A stretch of DNA of 64,000 bases from an uncultured delta proteobacterium (GCA_963696385.1 CAVOKF010000007.1:928001-992000), one strand, 5' to 3'; counted from the first letter of the stretch, positions 21,201-37,373 are shown. Numbers and translations are program-made. Notes: generated by a model from the letters alone, not told the origin.

Positions 21201-24200
21201 CGCGGTCGAGGCCGAATTCGGAGAGGCGCAAGACGCGAGAGAGGCTCTTTCGACGCTGCTGCGCGCAACGGCACGCTGGCAAGAGCTGGCCGACCACCTC
21301 GAGCGGAACGCCCTTCGAGCGATGGAGCCCAGACAGAAGGCGGATCACTGGAGCCAGCTGGGCGAGGTCCTCCGAGAGCAGCTCGGGGCGCGGTCGAAGG
21401 CGGTGAGCGCCTACGCCTCCGCGCTGACGTCGGAAGTGACCAACGCGCGGGCGCTCGGCGGACTCTTGGCGTTGACCGAAGATCCGGACCAGGGCGCGGG
21501 CGCGATCGGGGTTCTGCTCGAGGCCCTGCGACGATCCGACGACTGGCGTGAGATCCTTGCGCTCACCGACAAGCGAGTCGCCATGGCCGCGTCGCCTGGC
21601 GACAAGGTGATCGTGCTCTTGGAAGCCGCCGGGATCGCGGAGCATCGCGAGCACAGCGCCGACCGTGCGTTCGAAGCGATGCGAGAAGCCTTCTCGATCG
21701 CCCCGAAGGACCGGCAAGTTCAAGAGGAGGTTGCGCGACTCGCCGAGGCGGCGGGGGCCTGGCCCGCGCTCGTCCAGGCCTACCGAACGGCCATCGCGCG
21801 GACGCGCGACGACCAATCCTTCGAGGCGGAGTTTTGGACGAAGATTCGGCGTCACTCTCGAGGTTCGCTTGGGCGACCTCGAGGGGGCGCTCGACGCCTA
21901 CCGGCGGGTGGTGTCCCTCTCGAAGGATGGACCCTCGGCCTGCGCCGCCGTCCGCGCGGCAGGTGCCCTGGGCCGGTGGGAGACGGCCGCAAGCGTCGTC
22001 GTGGAGTTGGCGCCCTCGTCGAGTCAGGGCGCGGTCGACGCGATCGAGGCGCTCGAGCGCGCCGCGGCCGACGCACACGCTTGGGACGCGGCCGCGTTCG
22101 CCCTTGCCGATGTCGCGACCACGGCCAATTTGACTGGCGCAGCGGCACGCGACGTCCATGCACGAATCGCCGCATGGCACCGCGATCGACGCCATGACCC
22201 TGCGTCGGCCGAGGCCTCATTGCGAAGGGCTCTCGGGCCAGATCCGGAGAACACCGCGCTTCTCGACGCGCTGGCGCATCTGCAGCGCCATCACCCGGAT
22301 GAGCGATTGGTGGACACGCTCGTTTCGCTCTCGCGCGCCGAAGGCGGCAGCTTGCCGCTGTTGCGCGAAGCAACGGAGATCGCGCGCGACGTGCTCGACG
22401 ACGGCGCGATGGCCCTTCGGTTGGCAAACGATGTCCTCGATCTTTCGAGACAACGCTGGGGCGATGCGGGCCCGGCGTCGGTGGAACACGCGGTGTTCGC
22501 AGAGTGGGCGCTCGACGCCATCGCCGGGCTGTATGACGACGCCGGAGACGCCAAAGCGATGGTCGACGTGCTCGCCCTGGGCGACACGATGCCCTTCGAG
22601 CCCGACGTGCGCCGGAGCATGCGACAGCGTGCGGCGCGGTTGGCCCTGGACCGGCTCGGCGACCACGAGCGAGCGATTTCTCTCTACCTCTCGGTCCTCG
22701 AGGAGTCTCCACGAGACGCCGAAGCCATCGATCGGCTCGCGGCCATCTACCGCGCGCACGATCGGGGACACGACCTGCTCCGCCTTCGCGAGCGGCAAAT
22801 CGAGACGTCACCCGACGCGAGCGAGCGCATCGCACTCCGTCTGGAGACAGCCTCGCTTCTGGGCGAGCTCGGAGAGCCCGACCGCGCCATCGACGCGTTG
22901 CGGGACAACCTCCGCGAAAACCCCGTGGAGGAGAGAACGGTCGAAATGCTCGCCGCCGCTCTCGAAGGATGCGGGAGGTTTGCGGACCTTCGCGACTTGC
23001 TGATCGCACAAGCGGGCGGGGACCGACGCTCCGCGGACTTCTGGTACCGCGCGGCCCTCGTTGCCGCCGAGCGGCTGAACGACAGCGCCTCGGCGGAGAC
23101 CTATCACCAGAACGTCGTCGCGTTGGAGCCGAGAGCCGAGTCCTTCGATGCTCTAGCCGATCTGGCCGATCGTCGCGGTGACCGAGCGGCCGCTGCAGCG
23201 TGGCTCGAAAAGTGGACGACGGTGGTGCGACCCGAACAGCGAGCCGGGGCCACGCTTCGGCTGGCCGACGCCCTCGTCCGGGCAGGCGATGTCGATCGTG
23301 CGACGGAACGCCTCGATCGGGCGATCGCGGAGACGCCGAGCGAAGAGGCCCTACGGGCGCGGCTCGCAAGCATCTACCGGGAGCACGAGCAGTGGTCGAA
23401 GCTTGCTCGCGTGATTGCAGAGGGGGCCGTGTACGCTCCCGACAAACCGGCGCGACTGGAACGCCTGCTCGAAGCGGCCAAGCTGTTCGCGGAGCGATGC
23501 GCCGAGCCCGATCGCGCCGTCTCACTGCTCGACGAGGCCACCTATCTCGCGCCCGAGGATCACGGGATGAAGCTGAAGCTCGCCGACGCTCTCGCGCGGG
23601 CCGGGCGGCGCGACGAAGCGCGGGCCATACTGCAGTCCCGAATCGATGCCTTCGGCGGGCGGCGGCCGAAAGAGCGTGCAGGCGTGCACCATCAGCTGGC
23701 GCAGCTCGAGCTCGCAGCCGGCAATCGCGCGCGAGCTCTCGTCGAATTGGATGCCGCAGCCCGGGTGGACCCCCAAAATCCAGAGGTCCTCTTGAGGCTT
23801 GCCCGCCTCGCGCGGGACGACGGTCAGCTCGAACGCGCAGAGAAGAGTTATCGGGCGCTTCTGGTCGTTTTGCGGATGCCCGCGGAAGCGTCCGAGGTCA
23901 CGATCGCGCGCAGTGAGGTTCTGTTCGAGCTGAGCACGATTGCCTCCCGGCGAGGAGAGGGCGGCCGGGCCAACGAAATTCTGGAGAGCGCGCTCGAGGC
24001 TGCGGCCCAGAGTGACTTCGAGCAGGCCCGACTCGAAAGCGCACTTCGCGCATCCGGGGACGACGAGACGCTCGTGCGCGTGCTCGAAGCGAGACTCGCC
24101 CGCCTAGGGGGCTCACCTGAATCACGTGAATGGTCGATCGAGCTCGCCGGTGTCCTCTCCGGCCGACTCGGCCGCGCGGAAGAAGGCCTGAGCATGTGGA

Positions 24201-27200
24201 TGCGGGCGATTGCCATCGACCCGCTGTCGGCAGCCGAGCACGATGCGGCCTTGGCGCTCGCCCGATCGACGGGCCAAGTCCAACGCTACGTGGAAGGGGT
24301 GTCGCTTCTCGTCGATCGCGCCGCGACCACGGACGTGGCCGCTCAGCTCCTCAGGCGCCTCGGGGCCGTGGTGGAGTCGGACTCGAGGGAGGACGTCCGG
24401 GCGGCAGCGCTGTACGAAAGGGCTCTGGCGCTCGACCCGTCGTCGAAGCCACTCTTGCAAACGCTGGAGCGCGTGTACGACCGCATCGGCGACGTAGAGA
24501 AAGCCGCGGGGGCGCTCTCTTCGCTCATCGCGATCGAAACGCTCGAAGGAGGATCTCGAGTCAAAAGCAGCGCGATCTATCGCCTGGCGACGCTGCGCTT
24601 GTCGTTTTTGCACACGCTCGAAGAGGGAGCCGCGCTGCTTTCGACGGCGCTCGAAGGCGATCCCCAGTTCGATGTGGCCGAGCGGGCGCTGCGTGCCGCT
24701 GTGGCCCTCGACCCCACGTGCTTGCCGGTCCTCGAGCTGTACGAGCGCGTGGGACGCGAGCCGGGGTACGAGCGCACGCTGGCCGACGCGCTCCGGCTTC
24801 GCGCTCAACTACCGGGAGCTTCCGGGGACACGTTGCGCGAGGCGGTCGAGGCGGCTGTGCGGGTCGGCGACTCCACCTCGGCGGAAGCGCTCTTGGGGCG
24901 GTTCGTGGAGTCCGAGGCCCTCGCGGAGGCGGACCCCATCCACGCGTCGTGGGCGCTCGCCGCGCTTGCCGATTACCGGCAGCGAGCGGGCGATCTGCGC
25001 ACTGCACTCACCCTGAAATCCCGGGCCGCAGACGCGGCCGATCCGGATACCGCCCGACGGATTCGCTTCGAGATTGCGCGCATCGCGGCCGACGGGCTCG
25101 GTGACCTGCAGCTCGCCTCCGACACCTACTTGGCGCTGCATCGGGCCGACCCAGCCGATCGACAAGCCTGGGAGGCGCTCGCCGACACGTACAGGGGCCT
25201 GAACGAGACGCGCAAGCTCGTGGACCTGTTGGCCTCGATCACGGAGTTCGTCGATGACGTCAGCGAACGGGCCCAGCTTCGGTTCGAGCGGGTTCGTCTG
25301 ACTCGACAGCTCGGCCTCGACGAAGTCGATGCTGCGACGGCGTTGCGCGAGATCCTCGACGAAGATCCCAATCAACGGGACGCGGCACTCATGCTCGCCG
25401 AGATCTTCGAGCGCGCGGGGTCGCACGACGAACTGGCCGCCCTGCTCGCGCACCAGATCGAGGCGGCCAAAGATCGCGCCGACGCTGCGTCGATCGCCTC
25501 GCTTTCGTTGCGTCTGGGAGCGTTGCGCGAACCCGTGGATCGGTTGGAGGCGCGTAACATCTATTACACGGCGCTCGATTGGGAGCCCCAAGATCGCGCT
25601 CTGCTCGATTCGCTTTTGCGACTGCTCGGAGCGGCCGACAGCGCAGGAGAGCGGGCGGACATTCTGGAGCGCCGACTCAGCCTCGAGCAGGGACCCGGAG
25701 CCGAGTCGATGGCGATCGAGCTTTCGACCGCGCGCCTCGAAGCGGGAGACGAATCCGCCGCCGAGCGCGCGTTGGTTATCGGGTTTCGCGCGTTTCCTCG
25801 GAGTGTTCTGCTTCGCGAGCGACTCGAGAACCTCTACCGGCAACGCCGCGACCTCCGGCGCCTGGCGGAGCTGCTCGTGGCCGACGGGACCGCTCGCGAA
25901 GCGGCGAGCGAAAGGGTGTCGAGATTGCGCGAGGCCGCGGCGATCTGGTGGACGGAGCTGCGAGAGCCTCTCAGAGCCGCCGATGCCCTCGGACTCGCGC
26001 GTGAAGCGGCGCCGGACGATCTGACTCTGCTGCTCGATCAGGTCGACTTGCTCCTCTCCGGCGAGGACCGCGACAGAGCTTTGTCCGCGCTCGATCGCGC
26101 GATCGAGTCGATCCCGGCCGACCACCGCGGCCGTGCATCGGTCTTCGCAGCCCGCGCCGCGGTGCGTGCCGCCCGCGGCGACGAGCGCGGCGCGCTGGAC
26201 GATTTCGAGGTCGCGTTCTCGATGGATCGAGAGACCTACGCGGCGGCGTTCGCAGCCCAGCTCGATCGGGCACGCGCGACCGCGGACAGACAACGGGACC
26301 ATGAGGCGATCCGCGCGATCCAGCTACGGCGGGCCCAGGTGCTCCCGTTTGCCGGCGACATCGAAGGTTCTCGCGCCATCCTTTCGGCTTTGCTGGGAGT
26401 GGATGCGGCGGACCGCGACGTACTTCGGACCGCGGCCGCGCTCGAATCGGCGCTCGAGCAATGGGAGGCGGCAATCATCGCCTGGAGGCGTCTCGTCGAC
26501 ATCGAGGAAGGCGATCGGGCGATCGATGCGACACTGGCTCTGGCCGAGGCATGCGAGCGAGCCGGCCGAGCGGGGGATGCCCGCGAAGCGCTCGAGCGCG
26601 CCTTGCTCGGGGCGCGGGGGCACCAAGGCGTGCGCGCACGCCTCGAGCGAATTTACGAAGGTGCCGGCGCCTGGCACGAACTGGCGCGCCTCGCCGTCGA
26701 AGACGCAGCCGCGACGGGCGCCGTAGCCGACCGCGTGGCTCACCTCTTGCGCGCCGGATGGTTGCTTCTGACGCGGGCTGGAGACCCGGTGGGTGCCATT
26801 GTGCCACTCGAGGAGGCTCTCGAATTGCAGCCGGACGATCTCGATGGCGTGGCGATCCTCGCCGACGCGTACACCGCCTCGGGCCGGGCGCGCGAGGCTG
26901 TGGCGCGGCTCGAGCGAGCCATTCTGCCCTATCGGGGGCGCCGCACACGCGAACTGGCGGCGCTGCACCTGCGGCTCGCGCGCGCGGCACACGAGTACGG
27001 CGACGGATTCCGCCGAAGCCCTCTCGCTCACGCACGCTCTGGAGTGCGACTCGCAGAGCGGCGACATTTGCTCGGAGGTGGCGATTCAGGCGATCGAAAT
27101 CGGGCAGCTCGACATCGCCACCCGCGCCCTGCGCGCGGTGACGCTGCTCAAGGGCACCGCACCCATCAGCCGGGCGCTCGCGTATCAATACCTCGGCGAG

Positions 27201-27320
27201 ATCGCGCGCCGCCAGGGCGACCCCAAAAGAGCGCTCACGTTGCTCCGCCGCGCGCTCAGCGAGGACCCCGCCCTCGAGGGTGCGAGAGCACTCATCGAGG
27301 CCATCGAACGCGGATTCTAA
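15298..27320 (+). CDS. Giant TPR-repeat protein (AgmK-like, ~4,000 aa), interrupted by two +1 frameshifts (~21846 and ~27006)
   Basis: ORFs 15247-22197, 21665-27376 and 26793-27320 join into one continuous TPR text when one base is removed at each junction (...EFWTKI/GVTLEVRLGD...; ...HEYGD/DSAEALSLTHALE...). Recurrent motifs such as ALERLYERQGKHRELV and A..Y..AL..DP. Confidence 0.85.
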
Positions 27321-27389
27321 GCATACCGCCCCAGAACGGGATAGCTCTGGTACCGTTCAACGGGGCGCTGTACTAGGTCGGGACGCGGT

Positions 27390-27911
27390 TTACGGCGGTT
27401 CGAGCGCCAGCGCCTCGTAGAGGATCTGAAGCCGTTCCGAGAGCTCCTCGTTGTTCGGCTCGCATTGACACGCGCTGACGAGCTGTACACGAGCCTCGTC
27501 GAGCCTGCCGATCGCCAGGAGCCGATCGGCGACTCTGCCGAACTGTCTGCCGCGTTGGGTCACCGCGATCGTCTCCAGCGTGCGAGCGACGCGGGGTGGC
27601 GGCTTGGTCGATGGCTTCGAACCGTCCAGGCGCAGACGCCCCCGTGCGAGGGCCCGATCGTAGCGCTCGCGCAGCGGCGCACGCGAGAGGCAGCGGTACG
27701 CTTCGACCCCGCGCTTGAAGATGGCTTGGGCGACGGCGGTGACATCGGACGGTAAAGCTACGTACGAATCGGGATGGTAGAGGAGCGAGAAATCATGGAA
27801 CGCGTTCTTGATGGCAAGCGGAGTCGCGTCCCGCGGGACCCGCAAAATGTCATAATAACTCTTGCGGACTAGCGACTCGAGGAACACGCACAAAGCGTCC
27901 TTGGTCGGCAT
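27390..27911 (-). CDS. J-domain protein (DnaJ N-terminal domain) with a C-terminal TPR-like helix pair
   Basis: SYYDILRVPRDATPLAIKNAF...LLYHPD...AYRCLS...RERYD with an intact HPD motif; C-terminal GRLDEARVQLVSACQCEPNNEEL. Start placed at ATG 27911, just after the Hsp70 stop. Confidence 0.88.
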   Translation of the reverse strand: MPTKDALCVFLESLVRKSYYDILRVPRDATPLAIKNAFHDFSLLYHPDSYVALPSDVTAVAQAIFKRGVEAYRCLSRAPLRERYDRALARGRLRLDGSKPSTKPPPRVARTLETIAVTQRGRQFGRVADRLLAIGRLDEARVQLVSACQCEPNNEELSERLQILYEALALEPP

Positions 27912-27918
27912 GGCAGGG

Positions 27919-30291
27919 TCAGGCCCGCGTCGCGGGAGCTCCGCGGGCCGATGCACGCTCGATCGGATGCGCCGCTTGACGACTCTGCATCGCTTGAATC
28001 TCGGCCGGTTCCGTCTGGGCGCCCACGAGCTCGATTCGCGCCCCGGTTTCACTCCCGGTCTTCACGTCGCGCGCACGGACGTTGAGGATACCGTCCACGT
28101 CGATCTCGAACGTTACGGCAATCTGAGCGTCCCCACGCGCCGCGGCCGTGATCCCGGTGAGCTCCAGCTCACCGAGAAACGTGTTCTCCGAAAAGCGCTT
28201 GCTCTCGCCTTGAGCGACGCGCACACGCACCGTCGTTTGGCCGTCGCTCGCCGTGGCGAATGTGCGAGTTCGATCGCATGGAACGGGCGTGTTGGCGTCG
28301 ATGAGCATGTCGCAGAACCCTCCCACGGTCTCGACGTTCAACGTAAGCGGCGTCACGTCGATTAAAAGCGGCGCGCGCGGTCTTTGGGGCACGACCGCGG
28401 CGGCTCGCGCGGGCTGCGGCTCCGCCGCTCGAGGCGGCGCAACGGGCGGCACGACGGGTGGAGACGGGTCCTCGGACGGCGAGGCCATTGCGCCCGGCGG
28501 ACGAGGCGGGGCCGGCGGAAGAGAAGGTGCACCGCGATCGACCGTCGGAGGGGCTTTCGCCTCCGGCACGTCGAAAACGAGTGGTTTGGAAGGAACGCGC
28601 GGAAGGAATTCGGCGTACGGAGCGCTCGACCCCGCCGCGTCCTTGGCCGTCAGAGACTCGCTGCTCGCCGACGTGGTTCGGCCGGGAGCTCGATTCCGTG
28701 GCCCGCGAGCCGGATCGGCCCGAGCGGGCGACTGCACGATCGGCAGATCCGGACTCGACCTCCGACGACCGGGATCGGCCCGAGCGGGCGACTGCACGAT
28801 CGGCAGATCCGGACTCGACGACCCGCGACCGGGATCGGCCCGAGCGGGCGACTGCACGATCGGCAGATCCGGACTCGACGACCCGCGACCGGGATCGGCC
28901 CGAGCGGGCGACTGCACGATCGGCAGATCCGGACTCGACCTCCGACGACCGGGATCGGCCCGAGCGGGCGACTGCACGATCGGCAGATCCGGACTCGACG
29001 ACCCGCGACCGGGATCGGCCCGAATGGGCGATTGCACGATCGGCAGCTCGGCGGGCACGACCCATTCAGAGGCTTCGGCGGACGAGAGAGCGATAATCGA
29101 GGATTCGTCGATGCGCGGGTGGGCGTTCGATTCGGCGCTGCGTGGCTTCGAGCGATCGAGGAGCCCGGCCTGAATGGCGGCGCCAAGAGCCACGACTTCG
29201 TCGGGATTGATCCGAACGACCGGAGGGCGCAGGAAAAATTGCTGGACCTTGCGCGCGACCAACGGCATGCGCGTCACGCCTCCGACCAGAATGACGCGGT
29301 CGAGGTCGCTCGCGGTAATGGCAGCCGCCTCGAGCGCTTGCTGGCACACCTTGAACGTGCGTTCGACGATGCCCAGCGACGCCCATTCGAGCTCGGGGCG
29401 CGTCATTCGAAAACGCCACGTGACCGTCGTGCCACGATCGCCTCCCACGATGTCGTCGACGGCGATCTCGAAATCCTCTCGGCTGGAAAGCTCGCGCTTC
29501 ATCCGCTCGCCGAGAATTCGCAGACGGCCAAACGCCATGCGGTTCGCGCGAGCGTCGAAGCGATGTTTTTTCAAGAGGTCGTCGGCCATCCGCTCTGCGA
29601 TGACGACGTCGATGTCGTCGCCGCCCAACGCGCTGTCGCCCGCCGTCGCCAGAACCTCGAAAACGTTGGGGGCCACGTCGAGTAGCGTCACGTCGAACGT
29701 GCCGCCGCCGAAGTCATATATCGCTACTCGCTCATTGGCCTTTACGCCCGGGCCATAGGCGAGCGCAGCCGCGGTCGGCTCGTTGAGTATTCGAAGGACG
29801 TCGAATCCCGAAAGCCGCCCGGCCATCTTCGTCGCGGCTCGTTGCAGATCGTTGAAGTTGGCCGGCACTGTGATGACCGCGCGCTCGACCGGTTCGCCGA
29901 TGACCGACTCGGCGATCGCCTTGGCCTGCCGGAGCACGAAGGCGCTGATCTCCGGAAGCGAGAACGTGTCGCCCCGCGCGACCACCAGCGTTCCGCCCTT
30001 CTGCCCCTCCCGCAGTTCGAACGGCAGCTTCTCGCGAGCCTCCCTCACCTCGGTGGAGTCCCACGGTCGGCCAATCAGGCGTTTGATCGAGTAGATCGTG
30101 TTGGGTGCATCGATCAGCCGACGATCGAGCGCACGGTGTCCGACCAGAACGGATCCCGACGGGTGGAAGGACACCACCGACGGGAGAAGACGGCCTTGTT
30201 CGGGTTCGTGAAGAGTCGCCGCGACGCCCTCACGGACTACGGCGATGACCGTGTTGGTCGTCCCCAGATCAATGCCGACGGCGAAGGCCAT
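27919..30291 (-). CDS. Atypical Hsp70/DnaK-family protein with an expanded Pro-rich linker and truncated lid
   Basis: GIDLGTTNT, AVITVPANF, NEPTAAALAYG, YDFGGGTFDVT, LGGDDID, VILVGGVTRMP, NPDEVVALGAAIQA; LLIDVTPL; VTFEIDVDGILNV. Confidence 0.93.
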   Translation of the reverse strand: MAFAVGIDLGTTNTVIAVVREGVAATLHEPEQGRLLPSVVSFHPSGSVLVGHRALDRRLIDAPNTIYSIKRLIGRPWDSTEVREAREKLPFELREGQKGGTLVVARGDTFSLPEISAFVLRQAKAIAESVIGEPVERAVITVPANFNDLQRAATKMAGRLSGFDVLRILNEPTAAALAYGPGVKANERVAIYDFGGGTFDVTLLDVAPNVFEVLATAGDSALGGDDIDVVIAERMADDLLKKHRFDARANRMAFGRLRILGERMKRELSSREDFEIAVDDIVGGDRGTTVTWRFRMTRPELEWASLGIVERTFKVCQQALEAAAITASDLDRVILVGGVTRMPLVARKVQQFFLRPPVVRINPDEVVALGAAIQAGLLDRSKPRSAESNAHPRIDESSIIALSSAEASEWVVPAELPIVQSPIRADPGRGSSSPDLPIVQSPARADPGRRRSSPDLPIVQSPARADPGRGSSSPDLPIVQSPARADPGRGSSSPDLPIVQSPARADPGRRRSSPDLPIVQSPARADPARGPRNRAPGRTTSASSESLTAKDAAGSSAPYAEFLPRVPSKPLVFDVPEAKAPPTVDRGAPSLPPAPPRPPGAMASPSEDPSPPVVPPVAPPRAAEPQPARAAAVVPQRPRAPLLIDVTPLTLNVETVGGFCDMLIDANTPVPCDRTRTFATASDGQTTVRVRVAQGESKRFSENTFLGELELTGITAAARGDAQIAVTFEIDVDGILNVRARDVKTGSETGARIELVGAQTEPAEIQAMQSRQAAHPIERASARGAPATRA
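28712..29046 (-). repeat. In-frame 60-bp tandem repeat (~5.6 copies) encoding SSPDLPIVQSPARADPGR(GS/RR)
   Basis: Sequence lines 28741-28981 are near-identical at a 60-bp period, with two unit variants. Confidence 0.97.
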
Positions 30292-30312
30292 CGTCACCGA
30301 TAGTACATCACT

Positions 30313-31738
30313 TCACCCCGCCGCGGCGCGCTGGGCGGACGCCCGACTCAGCCACGCGTCCACACCGGCCGCTACCCGGCGACCATCGGCGATGGCCCAG
30401 ACGACGAGCGACTGTCCCCGCGAAACGTCGCCCGCGGCGAAAACCCCAGGAATGCTCGTCAAGCCGCTCCGATCGGAGCGCACGTTGCCGCGAGCGTCGA
30501 GGGCCAGCCCGAGGTCTTCGACCAGCCCTCGCCGCTCCGGTCCAACGAAGCCCATGGCCAGCAAAACGAGTTCGCAGGGAATCAGCAAATCGGCTCCCTC
30601 GACCGGACGCATCCTGCCCCCTTCGAACGCAACACGCACGGCGTCGAGCCCCACCACCCGTCCTCCCTCGCCGCGGAAGCCGCGCGTCGAGACCGCCCAA
30701 TCGCGCTCTGCGCCCTCCTCCTGCGAGCTCGAGGTCCGAAGAACGAGCGGCCATTCGGGCCACGGATTGGTGGGAACGCGCATGAGGTGGGGCTTGGGCA
30801 TGAGCTCGAGCTGCGTCACGCTCACCGCACCCTGCCGCAGCGACGTTCCGACGCAGTCGGATCCCGTATCGCCACCCCCGATGACTACGACGCGTTTGCC
30901 GGTCGCCAGGATCGCGCTCGACGAATCGAGTGTATCGCCCGCGATGCGCCGGTTCTGTTGCTCGAGAAACGCCATGGCGAAGTGAACCCCGCCGAGCTCG
31001 CGGCCTGGGGTCACGAGATCGCGAGGAGTGCGCGCTCCCATCGCCAGCACGACGGCGTCGAAATCGCGAACGACTCGATCGGCCCCGAACTGACCGCCGA
31101 CATCCACACCGGCTCGGAAGGTTACCCCTTCGGCACTCATCTGTTCGATGCGGACATCGATGATGTCCTTTTCCATCTTGAAGTCAGGGATTCCGTAACG
31201 TAGAAGCCCCCCGATCCGGTCGTCTCGCTCGAACACCACGACATCGTGCCCGGCGCGGGCCAGCTGCTGCGCCGCCGCCAGTCCCGCGGGCCCCGAGCCA
31301 ACCACCGCGACCCGCTTTCCGGTTCGAATGGCTGCGGGCCGGGGAATGGCCGCCGTGTGCTGCAATCCGTGATCGGCGATCGTCCGCTCGATCGTCTTGA
31401 TCGTGACGGGCTCTTCTCGGATGTTGAGCACGCACGAGGCCTCGCAAGGTGCCGGGCAGATTCGGCCGGTCACTTCCGGAAAGTTGTTCGTCGCGAGCAA
31501 GCGCGTCACCGCGAGATCGATTTTGCCCTTATGCACCAAGTCGTTCCACTCGGGGATCAGGTTTCCGAGAGGACAGCCCTGGTGACAGAACGGAATGCCG
31601 CAGTCCATGCAGCGCGAGGCCTGCTCGCTGACATGACTTTCGGATGCCGGCTGAACGATCTCGCTCCAGTCCCGGACCCGCTCGTCGACGGGCCGCTCGT
31701 CTTCCTCGACGCGTGCGACCTTCAGAAAGCCCTTCGGA

Positions 31739-31746
<8 letters not shown>
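30313..31746 (-). CDS. gltD: Glutamate synthase small subunit
   Basis: RCMDCGIPFCHQGCP, GRICPAPCEASC, VGSGPAGLAAA, IGGGDTGSDC, GQSLVVWAIADGR. Confidence 0.97.
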
Positions 31747-36268
<4,522 letters not shown>

Positions 36269-36470
36269 CGTAGGCGCAAGTATACGGGGGGGGACGCGGC
36301 GCGCCAGCATAAAAGATGCCAAAACAGGTCGTAACTCATCGATCTTGCCACGGAAATCCGTTGCGTACCCAAGGCGCCGGCGAGCGTCGCGCCGCCCGGC
36401 TGCCACCTTGCGGAGCGGATCTGAGGCTCGGTTGCGGGCCTTCGGCCCGCGCGCTAGCGGGCCGATCCCG

Positions 36471-37373
36471 ATGGCGAGGCCGAGGCCGACCCCCACCCCA
36501 GAGATCACCGTCATCGGTGCGCCGCGAACGCGACTGCGTGACGCCTACCACCAGTTCTTGCGCGTCGGCTGGGCGGCGGCGATCGCGGCCATCGTCGGCT
36601 CCTACCTGGCGCTCAACGGCGTATTCGCGCTCGCCTATCGCGCCACCGGTGGCGTGGCCGGCGCGCGCGCAGGGTCCTTCTTCGACGCATTCTGCTTCAG
36701 CGTTCAAACGATGGGCACCATCGGCTACGGGGCGATGTACCCGGCCAGCGCCGCGGCCAACGCCGTCATGATCGCCGAATCGGTGACGAGTCTGGTCGTG
36801 ACCGCCGTGGCGACGGGCCTCATCTTCGCGAAGTTCTCGCGGTCCGCGGCGCGCGTGGTGTTTTCGAAAAACGCAGTCATCGGACCCGTGAACGGTGTTC
36901 CCACGCTCTCGCTGCGCGTTGGCAACGAACGCGGAAACCTGATTCTCGAGGCGACCATCCGGCTCACGCTGACGCGCACCGAAAAAACCTCGGAAGGGGT
37001 CGTATTCTACAAGCTCTACGACCTTCGGTTGGTCCGCGAACGGAGCCCGCAAATGAGACGATCGTGGACCGTGATGCACCTCATCGACGCCGACAGCGCC
37101 CTGTTCGGCGAAACGCCCGAATCGATCGTCCGTGACGAGATCGAAATCATCGCGACTCTCGTCGGCACCGACGACACGTCGCTGCAACCGGTCCATGCGC
37201 GCAAGCAATACGAAGGAGCCGACATCCTTTGGGGAGCACGCCACGCCGACATTCTTTCGGAAAATAAGGATGGGGCGATCGTGCTCGACGTGCGCCGTTT
37301 CCATGACGTCGTGCCGACCCAGCCGGTCGATGGGTTTCCTTACCGATATACGGGCGGCGACGCGGACACGTAA
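36471..37373 (+). CDS. Inward-rectifier potassium channel (KirBac family)
   Basis: Selectivity filter FSVQTMGTIGYG; FAKFSR..ARVVFS; WTVMHLIDADSAL; Y...DILWG; LDVRRFHD. Confidence 0.92.
   Translation: MARPRPTPTPEITVIGAPRTRLRDAYHQFLRVGWAAAIAAIVGSYLALNGVFALAYRATGGVAGARAGSFFDAFCFSVQTMGTIGYGAMYPASAAANAVMIAESVTSLVVTAVATGLIFAKFSRSAARVVFSKNAVIGPVNGVPTLSLRVGNERGNLILEATIRLTLTRTEKTSEGVVFYKLYDLRLVRERSPQMRRSWTVMHLIDADSALFGETPESIVRDEIEIIATLVGTDDTSLQPVHARKQYEGADILWGARHADILSENKDGAIVLDVRRFHDVVPTQPVDGFPYRYTGGDADT

Noticed and set aside
28712..29046. Possible CRISPR array
   Set aside because: The units are contiguous 60-bp copies without unique spacers, lie in frame inside the Hsp70 gene, and no cas genes are present.
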